Assembly (NCBI GenBank): GCA_963849325.1
Contig: CAWKHF010000010.1
Span: 320,001 to 384,000, forward strand
Direction: 5' to 3'
Length of the DNA: 64,000 nt
Origin: an uncultured Planctomycetota bacterium
GTDB lineage: Bacteria > Planctomycetota > Planctomycetia > Gemmatales > Gemmataceae
Part shown: piece after piece, positions 19,362-30,247 of the stretch
Numbering within the stretch: position 1 is the stretch's first letter
How the letters are laid out: each line of letters starts with the position of its first letter
The notes under the pieces: model-generated
Database searches by the model: none
Seen by the model: the letters and a program-made list of their open reading frames with translations, nothing else
What the model was told of the DNA's origin: nothing
Position numbers and translations under genes: made by a program

Positions 19362-20837
19362 ATGAGCGCGGAACCTCCCCACGGTGCGCCGGCCGATCCA
19401 TCCCAACAGGAAAATGACGCTCCCCGCTCGCAACGGCGGTTGGCGAAGGCGTTTCGCTGGCAGGCGTTCTTTCAGCGCTGTGCCGAACCGCTGTTTGTGC
19501 TCGACCGCCGCCGGCGTTTGCTGTTCGTCAATGGCGCCTGGGAGGCGCTGACCGGCGTGTCGGCGGCGCAGGCGCACGTTCTCGTCTGCCGCCGATCCCG
19601 GCCGGCCGCGATCGACGATCCGCCCGAGGAAATCCTGGCCCACGCCCTGACGCCGCCGCCGGAAGTGCTGCACGGCGCCAGCGGCCGTGTTCGCCGCCTG
19701 CTGCCGGGTCGGTCGGCGTCGCGCTGGTGGGACGTCGAGTTTCTACCGCTGCGGCAAGAAGGCGAGCAGGGCGGCTACCTCATCCTGGGCCGCATTCGCC
19801 CGGCGCCCGCCGTCGAGCCGGCCGACACGACGCCCCTGTCCGAGAAGCTCGTCAACCTGCGCCAGCGCCGCGTCGAGCGCTACGGACTGGAGGCGTGGTC
19901 CAGCACGCTGCCGGCGATGCGCCGGCTGGTCGAGCAGGTGTACCTGGCCGCTGGGGTGACGGCTCCAGTGCTGCTCGTCGGCGAGCCGGGCACGGGCAAG
20001 CAGACGTTGGCGCGGACCATCCACTACCTGAGTCCACGGCGGGACGACGCCTGCGCCGTGCTCGATTGTGAACATCTGCCGGCCGCCGCGGTGGCCGCCC
20101 TGCTGTTCGGCGAACGGGCCGTCGGCCGCGAGGGTCTCGCCGCTGTCTACCTGCGCGAGCCGGCGTTTCTGCCGCGCGACGTGCAACTGCGCCTGAGCGA
20201 ACGGATTGCCCGGAGCAGTGGTCTCGGTTCGGAAGGCGCGACCGGGCCGCGCGTTCTGGCCGGCTGCGCGACGCCGCCGGAGCAGGCCGTGCGCGCGGGC
20301 CGAATGCTCGATGAATTGGCCTGTGCGCTGAGCACACTGGTCGTCACCGTGCCGCCGCTGCGCGAGCGCCGCGCCGACCTGCCTGGCCTGGTCGAGCGCT
20401 TGCTGGAACGCGCCGGCGCCGGCCGCGAGGTGCGCGTCACGAGCTTGAGCGCCGATGCCTGGGCCGTGCTGCGCGGCTATGCCTGGCCGGGCAACGTGCG
20501 GGAACTGTATGCCGTCTTGCGCGACGCCTGCGGCCGGGCCACCAGCGAACAGCTCCGCGCCGCCGACCTGCCCGCTGAACTGCGGCGAGCCGTCGAACGC
20601 GAGCAGACGCCGCCGCGACCCGCCGAGCGACCGTTGCCTCTGGAACAACTGCTGGAGGAAGCGGAGCGACGGCTCATCCTGCTGGCCCTGCGGCGCACGC
20701 ACGGCCACAAGGCCCGCGCTGCCCGGCTGCTGTCGATCCCTCGGCCGCGTCTGTGGCGGCGCATGCTCAAACTCGGCATCGTCGATACGGAACCGGAGCC
20801 GGGTTCGTCGGCCGACGACACCGGCGGCGAGGAGTGA
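19362..20837 (+). CDS. Degenerate sigma-54-activator-like regulator (PAS - AAA+ - Fis HTH)
   Basis: PAS-like N-terminus, GEPGTGK, VPPLRERRADL, WPGNVREL, C-terminal HTH; GAFTGA absent. Confidence 0.85.
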   Translation: MSAEPPHGAPADPSQQENDAPRSQRRLAKAFRWQAFFQRCAEPLFVLDRRRRLLFVNGAWEALTGVSAAQAHVLVCRRSRPAAIDDPPEEILAHALTPPPEVLHGASGRVRRLLPGRSASRWWDVEFLPLRQEGEQGGYLILGRIRPAPAVEPADTTPLSEKLVNLRQRRVERYGLEAWSSTLPAMRRLVEQVYLAAGVTAPVLLVGEPGTGKQTLARTIHYLSPRRDDACAVLDCEHLPAAAVAALLFGERAVGREGLAAVYLREPAFLPRDVQLRLSERIARSSGLGSEGATGPRVLAGCATPPEQAVRAGRMLDELACALSTLVVTVPPLRERRADLPGLVERLLERAGAGREVRVTSLSADAWAVLRGYAWPGNVRELYAVLRDACGRATSEQLRAADLPAELRRAVEREQTPPRPAERPLPLEQLLEEAERRLILLALRRTHGHKARAARLLSIPRPRLWRRMLKLGIVDTEPEPGSSADDTGGEE

Positions 20838-20842
20838 CAGCC

Positions 20843-21238
20843 ATGCGTCATCCGCAGCTGTTGGTCTACGAATCCGACGGCCGGCTCGCCGCCCTGCTGC
20901 GGCCGCTGGCCGAGAAGAATCAATGGCTGTTGCGCGAGCCGCGCCAGCTGTCGGCGTGTCTGCGCCTGTTCGACCGGGGCGGGCCTGGCGTGCTGGTCCT
21001 GCGCAGCAGTGCCAACCTGGAGCGCGAACTGGCCACGCTGGAACAGGTGTCCTGGCTGTATCCCGACGCCGCTACCGTACACGTCGCCGACAGCGAGCAA
21101 GCCGGATGGGCCGCGCTCGCCTGGGATCTCGGCGCACGCTATGTCTTGCCACTGTCGCAGACGCGCGAACGCTTGGCGGAAATCGTCAACGGTCTGATGG
21201 GACGGTATCAAGGGGCCGGGATGAGGAGGGAAGCATGA
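20843..21238 (+). CDS. Atypical receiver-like protein
   Basis: LLVYESD..LAALL and AWDLGARYVL pattern of a REC fold; no acceptor Asp or conserved Lys. Confidence 0.6.
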   Translation: MRHPQLLVYESDGRLAALLRPLAEKNQWLLREPRQLSACLRLFDRGGPGVLVLRSSANLERELATLEQVSWLYPDAATVHVADSEQAGWAALAWDLGARYVLPLSQTRERLAEIVNGLMGRYQGAGMRREA

Positions 21239-21432
21239 CCGAACTGCCTCTGCTGGACGAGACGCGCTGCAGTGGCTGTGCGGATTGCGTGGCCGTCTGC
21301 CCCTCCGATTGTCTGTCCATGCGCGGGGCGATTCCCTACCTGGTGCGTCCGGCCGACTGCATCAGCTGCGGCCTATGCGTGCTCGTTTGCCCCAGTGTCG
21401 CCCTGAGCTTGGCCGAGCCAGCCGCGGCGTAA
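21235..21432 (+). CDS. 2[4Fe-4S] ferredoxin
   Basis: Two CxxCxxCxxxCP motifs; ATGA overlap with the upstream gene. Confidence 0.9.
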   Translation: MTELPLLDETRCSGCADCVAVCPSDCLSMRGAIPYLVRPADCISCGLCVLVCPSVALSLAEPAAA

Positions 21433-21437
21433 CGAGA

Positions 21438-21488
21438 CGCCGCTTGCGGCTTAGCGGGGCGACGGCAAACGCTCAGCCGCAAGCGGCG
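21438..21488. repeat. REP-like palindrome between convergent genes
   Basis: cgccgcttgcggcttagcg / cgctcagccgcaagcggcg. Confidence 0.85.
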
Positions 21489-21506
21489 CACGAGAGAGCT
21501 ACGCGC

Positions 21507-22157
21507 TCACTTGGCGCTGGCGGTCCTCACCGTCTCCGCCTCCATGTCCTTGAAGTTGGCCCGGATCGTCTGTCCGGCCCGCACGATGACGCGGCGCGTC
21601 TCCGTGATCGGCTTGCCGTCGCGGATCACCTCCGCCCGCACCATGTAGTAGTAAGCCTGTCCCGGCTCCAGCGTGGGCGTGTTAAAGGAGCGCAGGCCGG
21701 AGGGCGTCTTCATCGGTAGATCGTCGATGTACAGCTTGGCGTCGGCGGGCAGTTCGACGACCAGCTTGGCCCGCGTCGGCGCAACCATTGTCTCCTTGTC
21801 CTTGGTCGGGTTGCCCAGCTGTTCACCCTTCGGCGGCGTGCCCGTCCCGGTCCCCGGCGCCACCGCGCCCGGATAAGTCGGGGCCCCATACATGCCGCCG
21901 CCGTAACCGTAACCATAGCCGCCGCCGTAGCAGCCCATGCAGCCCATGCAACCGCCGCAGCCCCAGCTGCTGTAGCCACCCCAGCACCCACCACAGCCGC
22001 CCCAACCACCCCAGCCGTAACAGCCGCCGAAGCAGCCGTAACAGCCGCCGTAGCAACCATAGCAGCCGCCACAGCCACCGTAACAACCGCCGCAACGGTG
22101 ACAATCCGGCGCACTGACTCCCGTCGTCAACGCTGCCATCAGAACCATACTGTACAT
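21507..22157 (-). CDS. TIGR03000 domain protein with Cys/Gly-rich N-terminus
   Basis: AKLVVELPADAKLYID..RSFNTPTLEPGQAYYY..VRAG; MYSMVLMAAL signal. Confidence 0.85.
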   Translation of the reverse strand: MYSMVLMAALTTGVSAPDCHRCGGCYGGCGGCYGCYGGCYGCFGGCYGWGGWGGCGGCWGGYSSWGCGGCMGCMGCYGGGYGYGYGGGMYGAPTYPGAVAPGTGTGTPPKGEQLGNPTKDKETMVAPTRAKLVVELPADAKLYIDDLPMKTPSGLRSFNTPTLEPGQAYYYMVRAEVIRDGKPITETRRVIVRAGQTIRANFKDMEAETVRTASAK

Positions 22158-22331
22158 TTCTCTCCCCTCCCGAATGCCATTGGAATAGAAGTGAGCGAGA
22201 CGATCCCAGCGCCACATCGCAGGGGATATGGCGTATCTGGGATAAATAGTAAATTTAGGCAATCTGATCGTCAATGGTATTCTGGGAAAAGAAGGGTCGA
22301 TTCGCCGAGAATAGTCGTTACATTCGGAACC

Positions 22332-22393
22332 TCCGAGTCCGCAGCATCAGCGAGGGAGGGCGAAAGCTCCCTCGCTGATGCCGCGGACTCGGA
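22332..22393. repeat. REP-like palindrome
   Basis: tccgagtccgcagcatcagcgagggag / ctccctcgctgatgccgcggactcgga. Confidence 0.85.
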
Positions 22394-22410
22394 AGCCTGT
22401 GAATGATCCG

Positions 22411-24707
22411 TCAAGGGATGGGGTAAAGCGGATTCAGCTCATGGGCCTTCCGTCGGTCGCTCAGGCCGCCATCGCGGTCGCCTTGCTGAAGGAGGAGGGT
22501 GCCGCGCAGATAAAAGGCGTCCGCCAGCCGTCGATCGCGTGCAACGGCGTCATTGCAGTCGTAGATGGCCTCGTCGATTTCGCCGAGCGGAGCGCGGCGC
22601 GGGCACGGAGGAAGTACGCTTCCGCGTCGGTTCGCTGCAGGCCGATCGCCCGCGTGAAGTCGGCGTGGGCCTTGCGATACTCTTGCAGAGCCAGGTACGC
22701 CTGGCCGCGCATCTTGTAGGCGTCCACGTTTTGCGGATCGCGCTGGATCACCGCATCGGCATCGCCGGCGGCGCTGTTCCAATCGCCCATCTTGAGGTAG
22801 GCCAACCCGCGCGTCTGCCGGGCGGCGACGTCCCAGGCATCCCGTTCCAGCGCCCGCGTCAGGTCGGCGATGGCCTGCCCGTACTCCTCGCGGTCCAGAG
22901 AGATCGTGCCGCGCACCCGGTAGGCCGGCGCCAGGCCCGGGTCGCCGTCCCGGTCGCGCGCGATGGCGGCACTGTAATCAGCGAAGGCGCGGACGCGGTC
23001 GTTGCGAACATGGTGGACATTGGCCCGGTAGTAGTACGGCCAGGGATCGCCGGGCGTCAGGTCGATGGCCACGGACTCGTCGGCCAGGGCGTTGTCGTAA
23101 TCGGCATTGCGGACGTAACAGGCGCCGCGCTCTCGGTAGGCGCGGGCGTTGTCGGGTTCCAGCCGGAGGACGGCGGTGAAGTCCTCAATGGCCAGGCTGT
23201 TGTCGTGTCGGGCGGCGTGTAACTCGGCGCGGTGGAGCCAGGCGCGGAGGTCGCGGGGATCGCGGCGGATCGCCTCGCCGAAGTCGGCGAGGGCGCCCGC
23301 CGCATCGCGCCGACGGCGGCGGACCAGGCCGCGCTCCGTCCAGGCGCGAACGAGGTCCGGGTCGAGTTCCAGGGCCTCGGTGAACGCCAGCAGGGCTTGC
23401 TCGTCGCGGCGGCAGGCGGCGTGCGTCAGGCCGCGGTCGAGAAGGACCTCCGCCCTTTCCTTCTTCTCCTTTTGCTCGCGGAGACGTGTCCGCCGCTCCT
23501 CTTCGTGCCGGCGTCGTTCCTCCTCGCGGTCTCGGGCGGCGGCCCGCTGTCGTTCCTCCTCCGCCTCGGCCCGGCGGCCTTCGTCCTCCTGGCGTTGGCG
23601 CTCCGCCGCTCGCCGCCGAGCCGCTTCGTCTTCGGCCCGGCGCCTCTGCTCGTCGAGGAGTCGTTGCGGCCCCATCTCGAATCGGCGGCGCTCCTCGATC
23701 CGTTTCCGGCGCTCGGCGACGCCCCGGCGCTGCTCGGCCGTGTGCGCGCGTGTCTGCGCGATCAGGAACCAAATCGGAAGGATGAGCAGCAACAGGACAC
23801 CCAGCGCCAGTGCGGTGAGCAAGACCCACGGAGGGCGCTGTCTCAAGGGAGCGGAGGACCGCGCCAGCGGCGGGAATCGCCTGGGATCGATCCGACGGGG
23901 ATGCGGCCTCCGCGATCCTACTGACGACCGCGTTGGCGTGGGGACCGGCGGGACCGCGATGTCCAGCGCTGTGTCGAAGGTCGGCGTTTGGAGGTCGGGG
24001 ACCGTCGGGCACAAGCCCGAAAAACACGGGCCATCCAGCTGCCGCAAGGCGTCTGCAAGCACGGCGGCAGCGGCCTGCACCGAATGGTCGTGCCGGCAGC
24101 CGCGGAGCCAGCGTCCGAGTTCCTGGCAGACGAAGGCGCGGCCGACCCTCGCCAGCAACGGCAACCCGGCGGAGCCAGTCAGCAGGCGCATCAGGCCGAC
24201 GCAGCCCTGTCGCTCCAGTTCGCGGACCCATTCGCCCTCTGCAAGGTCCGGCACGACGGCGGAGACTTCATGCAACCACGCCCATTCGTCGGCGTCGAGG
24301 TGGCCCGCCAGGGCGCCGGCTTCACGGGCGGCTCGCAGCTCCCACAGGCACTGGTGACGCAGCGCGGTTTCCACGGCCGTCGCCCCCGGCTGGCGCGTCA
24401 CAGCGCCGCCTTGCGCCAACTCGGCCAGCACCGTTTCCAGACGCTGCCGGAACGACTGCGCATCGCCGGCGGACAGGCCGACCTGACCGTGGTCCCAGAA
24501 GGGGTCGTCCGCCAGCGCCACCTCCAGGGCGCGCCAGGCGCGTTCGAGGGCTTGACGGAGGGCCGCGCTCCAGGGCGGATCATCCTCTCGACTGTGGCGG
24601 GTGAGGAGATCCACGAGCGCGGTCATGGCATCGGCGCCGCCGAACGTACCCACGTCGTCGGCCAGGCGCTGCAGGACAAGGCGGGACAGGCTTTGTCCAA
24701 TCGACAT
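22411..24707 (-). CDS. Membrane-anchored TPR-repeat protein (frameshift near 22590)
   Basis: One TM segment, charged coiled coil, many AY..RG..A..DF..AI..DP repeats. Confidence 0.85.
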
Positions 24708-24818
24708 GACGGCAGACCCTTGCACACTCCTTCGCGGCTCGGTGGACCGGCGGCGGTCTCGTTTGATTGTCCGCTCCCGCGCGGCGTGCGGCAAGAGATT
24801 TCTGCGCCCGCTCGCGGC

Positions 24819-24986
24819 TCAACTCTGCGGCGCGGGTTCTTTCCACCACGGGCTGAGAACGTGGATCTTCTTGAGGATCAGTTCGCGTTCGTGATTGTTC
24901 TTGGCGGCGGCCAGGCGCGCCTTCAGCTTGGTCATCTTCTTCTTGCGATGATACCGGCGGTTCAACTCGATTCGGCGTTCGACCAT
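24819..24986 (-). CDS. DUF6800-like small basic protein
   Basis: MVERRIELNRRYHRKKKMTKLK..ILKKIHVLSP. Confidence 0.7.
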   Translation of the reverse strand: MVERRIELNRRYHRKKKMTKLKARLAAAKNNHERELILKKIHVLSPWWKEPAPQS

Positions 24987-25085
24987 GATCGGATCCTTGC
25001 GTTGGCTACGTATCGGAATGAATGCCTCGCGCCGGCGCGAAGGGCCGGGGATGATTATGTTACAGGGGTTGACGGCGGCTGCAAG

Positions 25086-25168
25086 GGCGAGCGAGGGGGG
25101 TAAGCCCCCTGTTGGCGCCAACAGGGGGCTTATTGGCGCCAACAGGGGGCTTACGCCCCCCGCTCGCC
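25086..25168. repeat. REP-like palindrome (TAAGCCCCCTG family) with 21-nt tandem duplication
   Basis: Perfect palindrome 25101-25132; ttggcgccaacagggggctta at 25112 and 25133. Confidence 0.88.
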
Positions 25169-25178
25169 AGGCGGTATA

Positions 25179-26560
25179 GTGAAAGAACAACCTCGATCCG
25201 CACGACAGGGGCCAACCGTGGAACGTACTCCTCCGCTGGAACAAGGCCTGCTCGGCCGCACACTCAACGGCAAGTACAAGCTGCTCGACGTGCAGGCCAG
25301 CGGCGTCTTCGGCACCGTCTTCCGGGCCGAGCAGTATTTTTGCCGCCGCCTCGTGCGACCCGTCGCCGTCAAGGTATCGCGGCAGAGCGGCTTGAGCGAG
25401 GAGACCGCCCCCTATCTGTTCGGCGACGCCCTGGTCCTGGCCCAGCTGCTCGCCGGTACGACGCCGGGCCTGGACGACGCCGGCCGCCGTCATCTCGTGC
25501 AGATTTTCGACATGGGCCTTTTGCCCGAGCACGACAACCGCGCCTACCTGGTCATGGAATACGTCGGTGGCCTACCCCTCTTGTCGCACATGCGCGCGGC
25601 GGGGCGGATCAGCGTGCCGATCGGTCTGCGTTTCCTCAAGCAGATTTGCCGGGGCATGGCCCTGGTCCACGGCCAGGGAGCGGTCCACCGCGACCTGAAG
25701 TCAGACAACATCTTGATCGACCGTCGCGGCGTGGTCCGCATCGTGGACTTCGGCCTGGCCGCCTACGCCGACCCGCGACTCGGCTTCGCGCCGGGATCGC
25801 TGGGCACGTTCACCTACATGGCCCCCGAGACGCTGGACGGCCGCTCCACGCCCGCCTCGGACGTGTACAGTCTCGGCCTGCTGCTGTACGAGTTGTTCAC
25901 CGGCGGCGGCCCGCACCTGACGGCGCCGTGGTCGCACGACGACAAGGACGATCGCCGCGCCGAGCATCGACGCCTGAAACAGTCGCTGCATTTTCCGCCG
26001 CCGTCGGCGGTGCATAACGAGGTCCGCAACGACTACCGCTGGCTGGACGCGCTGATCCTGCGCTGCCTGGAGTTCGAGCCGGAGCGTCGTTTCGCCGACG
26101 CGGGCCGTCTGCTGGCCGCCATCGAAGCGTGCGAGTCCGGCCAACCACTGCCGCCACTGGCCTCGGCCGTCCCGCCTCCGAGTGCGGACGCCACCCCGTC
26201 CGCTCCTGCCGCCGATGTCGCCGAGGACGCACTCTTCCGCGAGGTGCGCCGCCTGCTGGCAGCGCGAGCGTATGAACAAGTGATCGATCGCCTGGACGTA
26301 CACCGTCCGCCGGAGTGGGCCGTGCTCGACGCGATGGGAGGCGCGGACGCTGCGCGCTGGGGCAGGCGTACCTCGGCCGGGGCGATCTGCCGGCGGCGCG
26401 CGACTGCCTGGAACAGCTCCGCGCCACGCAGAAGGAGCAAAACCTGTTGCCGCGTTCCGACTACGCGGCGGCGCTGTCGGACCTGTTCAAGTGCTACCGT
26501 GGGCTGGGACAGATGGAGCTGGCACAGGCATGTCAGGAAGAGGCGCGGAAACTGTTGTGA
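25179..26560 (+). CDS. Ser/Thr protein kinase with C-terminal TPR-like region (frameshift near 26340)
   Basis: VAVK, HRDLKSDN, DFG, GTFTYMAPE, DVYSLG. Confidence 0.88.
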
Positions 26561-26583
26561 GGCGCAGCCAAGCGGAGCGCGGG

Positions 26584-29500
26584 CTATCGCGCTCCGCGGC
26601 GCGCCGCGGCGAAACGTAGGCGTGCGCATGCAGAGACAGCCTCTCGGGTCCGGCGCGTTCGGCCGCTCCTTTCGCCAGTTCGTCAAGCAACTTCACGGTG
26701 TCCGGTGTGGCGATCCATTCCAGCACTTCCACGGCGCGGATGGCACGCAACGATTCCGGCTTGTTCTCCATCGCCTCCACAATCCGCTGCAACCTCCGAC
26801 GTATTTCCAGCGAGGGCTTTTCTTTCGTCACGATCCGCCGCAGAAGCGAGGCTGCGGCATCCGCCTGTTTCTCCAACTCCTCGGCCGCTTTTTGCCGCGT
26901 CGAAAAGTCGGCGCTATCGAGTGCTTCCACCAGTTGCCGCACGCGCTTGGGGTCCGCCGCCGGCACGGGCTTGAGATGTTCGCGCAGAAACGGCAGCGTT
27001 TGTTCGGGTGCGGCGGCGAGACGATGGATCGCCCGGAACGCCTTCGCCGCATCACCGCCGGCCAGGTCGGTCCATAGCACGTCTAACTCTCGTGCGGACA
27101 GAGGGGAACGAGGGAGCGTCCCGGCCGCGGCGGCCACGTCCCACACCAGGACCGTGGTATCGCGGCTGCCCGTCGCCAGCAGCTTGCCATCGCGCGAGAA
27201 GGCGCCGCTCTGCACTCCGTAGCGGTGCTTCCCGAAATGCCCCCGCTCCTTTCCGGTCGCTGTCTCCCACAGGTAGACACCGCCCTCCCCGTCGTCCGAG
27301 GCCAGCGTTTTTCCGTCCGGGGAGAAGGTCAGGAAGTAAACCCCGCCGTCACTTCGGCGTCCTTTCGTTCGCCAGAGGAGCTTGCCGTCAGCCACATCCC
27401 AGAGTTTGACGGTTTGGTCGCGCCCTCCCGAGGCGAGCGTCTTGCCATCGGGGCGAAAGGCAAGAGCGGTAACATGGGCATCATCTTGCAGAGCGCGGAC
27501 CTCCTTTTCCGTGACGGCCTGCCGTAGATGGATCGTGTGAGGGGCATCGAACCCGCCCCCGTCGGCGATGACCTGGCCGTCCGGCGAAAGGGCCAAAATC
27601 CGGGGACCGTCGGGGAACACGTCTCCCTGGTAGGTATGCAGCACTTTCCCAGTCGCCACGTCCCAGAGGCGAGCGTTTTTCCCCTGCACGGACAGTAACC
27701 TCCGGCCGTCGGCGGAAAAGGCCAGCGAAACTACTATGAGCCGGTCTTGAGGGACCACGAGCGAGGGAAGTCGCTTGCCCGTCGCCGCCTCCAGCAGCCG
27801 GATCGCACCCCCGTGACCGCCTGTGCCCACGGCCAGCATTTGGCCGTCGGGTGAATACGCCAGGGCGTAGACATCATCGCCAACGTCCCGGAATGGAGGA
27901 AGGGTCTGGCCCATCGCCGCGTCCCATCGGCGAACGAAATCATTGTCACCGGCGGCCGAAACTACGACGCGGCTGTCAGGCGAGAAGGCCACCGCATCGA
28001 CTTCCCGTTCGTGGGCCGTGACGGGTCGAACGGGTTGGAACGTGGATGCGTCCCACAGGTGGAGGACGTGTTGTTCGTTGGCCCAGGCAAGCCGAGTGCC
28101 GTCCGGTGAGAGCAGGACGGGTCCTTCGCCACTCCATCGCGGCCCAGGGGTCGGGATCTCCTTCCCCGCGGCGATGTCGTACCGGAGCGGTACACCGTAC
28201 CAGCCCAGGAGCCTTTTGCCGTCGGGGAAGAAGGTGAGGTTGCTCACATGGAAGCTGCCCCGCCGAGGCAGTTGCTCGCCGGTCGCGGTGTTCCAGAAGC
28301 GGAGCTTGCCATTGTTATCGGTCGAGGCCAGCGTGCGGCCGTCCGGTGAGAAAGCCACCGTCCACGCCCTGCTGGAGTGCCCCTCGAACCGGCGGAGTTC
28401 CTTGCCGGTGCGAACATCGTAGAGTGCGATTGTCTTGTCGTGGCAGTCCACATAGGCCCACGTCTTGCTGTCGGGCGCGAAGGCGATACTCGGCGCTCGG
28501 TAGTTCTTGCGTCCGTCCAGATGGTGCATCTCCTGGCCGGTAGACGTATCCAGGAAAACGACCGTATTGACAGAAGTTTGATTGTCTCGCCTTGTCCGCC
28601 CGAGGCAGGCGAGAACCCGGCCATCCGGTGAAAAGAAGAGCTTGCCGGCCCTGCCGGACTTCAGGGGCCAGCGAGGGAGTTCCTTCCACGTCGAGGTGTC
28701 CCAGCGGCGAAGCTCGTCGCCGAACCCGGTCGCCAGGATCTTGCCGTCCGCAGAGAAGGCCACGCCGGGGTCGATCCCCGCGGTGACGTTCTCAAGAGAG
28801 CGGAGTTCTCGCCCTGTCGGGACTTCCCAGAGGCACACCCGGTCGTCGTCGCTCGCCGCGGCCAAAACCTTGCCGTCTGGTGCGAACGCGAACTGGCCGA
28901 TCTCCCCGCCGTGCCGCAGGCGGACGGTGCCCAGGCGCGCTCGAGCGCCGGGTGGCAGCGGATCGCCGAATCGATCGACTCTCGGCGTTCGGACTTCGGC
29001 TTTTACCTCGCCCCGGTTGGCGGCGGCTGGCGCGGAGGGTGCCGGCTCGGGCTGCTTCGGCTGCCGGCTAACGGCCACAAGGCGATGCCCGACAGCGGCG
29101 GCGAGTCCGAACGTCGCCAGCAGCGTCAGCGCGGCCGTCCATTTCACGAGGGCCGCTCCCTTGGCGACGCTATCCGCGAGGGTGGCGGCAGCCGCGGCGG
29201 CGAGCGATTCACCCCGGAGCGCTTGCACCGCCAGGCGGACAGCCGAAAGCGTCAGCAGGGCGGGGACCGCCGCGTTCGCCGCCGGCTCCATCAACAACAC
29301 GGCGAGCATTCCGGCCGGGACCGTGAAGCCGCGACGGGTCAATCGTTGTTGCAGTAGTTGCCGTGCTCGCGCCAGACGCGCCGTGACCGAACTCTTCGGC
29401 CAACCCAGTTCGGCGGCGGCCTGCTCGTGCGTTTGCTCCGCCAGATAACAGAGGACCAGGGGCGTCCGATACTTGTCGGGCAGCCGCGCAATCTCCTCGT

Positions 29501-29930
29501 CCAGCGCCGCTCGCAATTCCCGCGCGGCCAACGCCTCGGATGGATCGGTGTCTGCGGCGGACGGGAGGACTTGTCGTTCGCGTTCACGCTGCCGGGCCGA
29601 CTTCGCCCGCGCCTTGTGGGCGATACGGAGAGCGACGCCGTGGAGCCAGCTGGCCAGCGATTGCCGCTTGCGGATCGAACCGGCGTTGCGGACGAGGACG
29701 AGGAAGGTGGCCTGAAAAGCGTCTTCGGCGCCGTGGGCCTCGCCGAGCACGCGGCGACAGATGCCATATACCATCGGTCCATGCCGCTGCACGAGCAGCG
29801 TGAAGGCCGCCTCCTCGCGTCGGCCGCGGAAGCGCTCCAGCAAATCGGCGTCGCTGAGGTCCGCCGCGGACGTGGGATCAGTCAACTTGCGCAGGTGTCC
29901 GAGAAGACGGTAAAGAGTAGAGGACTGCAT
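26584..29930 (-). CDS. ECF sigma-70 factor fused to TM, WD40 repeats and helical C-terminus (3' end frameshifted, approximate)
   Basis: SDADLLERF, AEDAFQATFLVL, LPDKYRTPLVLCY, DRFGDPLPPGARARLG, many FSPDG repeats. Confidence 0.92.
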
Positions 29931-30247
29931 GGGACTGATCCTCGCCGAGTGATTCTCCATCCCCATAGTGCCGCCCATCGCGGATTTGACCAACATCATG
30001 CGCCGAAAGCAGCCCGGCGAGGCGGAGCGCCGTGGTTGAGAAACGGTTTTCCAAATCCCTAGCGGGGGCATCAGCCTCCAGAGTTTTGCCGTTCCTCTTG
30101 TGCGGTCGTTCCCTCATTATCGTAATGCTTCTACCCGAGTGCGAACACAAAGCCAACTATCGAAAACTCCGGCGCGGCCGTCCATGTTTTTTCTGTACTA
30201 GACTTTCAGCGGAAGCCATCGCCTTTTCTACGGTGGGGTCTTTTGAC

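Noticed and set aside
21507-22157. RiPP precursor for the radical SAM enzyme at 44325-45622
   Set aside because: It lies 22 kb away, is fused to a TIGR03000 domain, and has no adjacent maturase or transporter.
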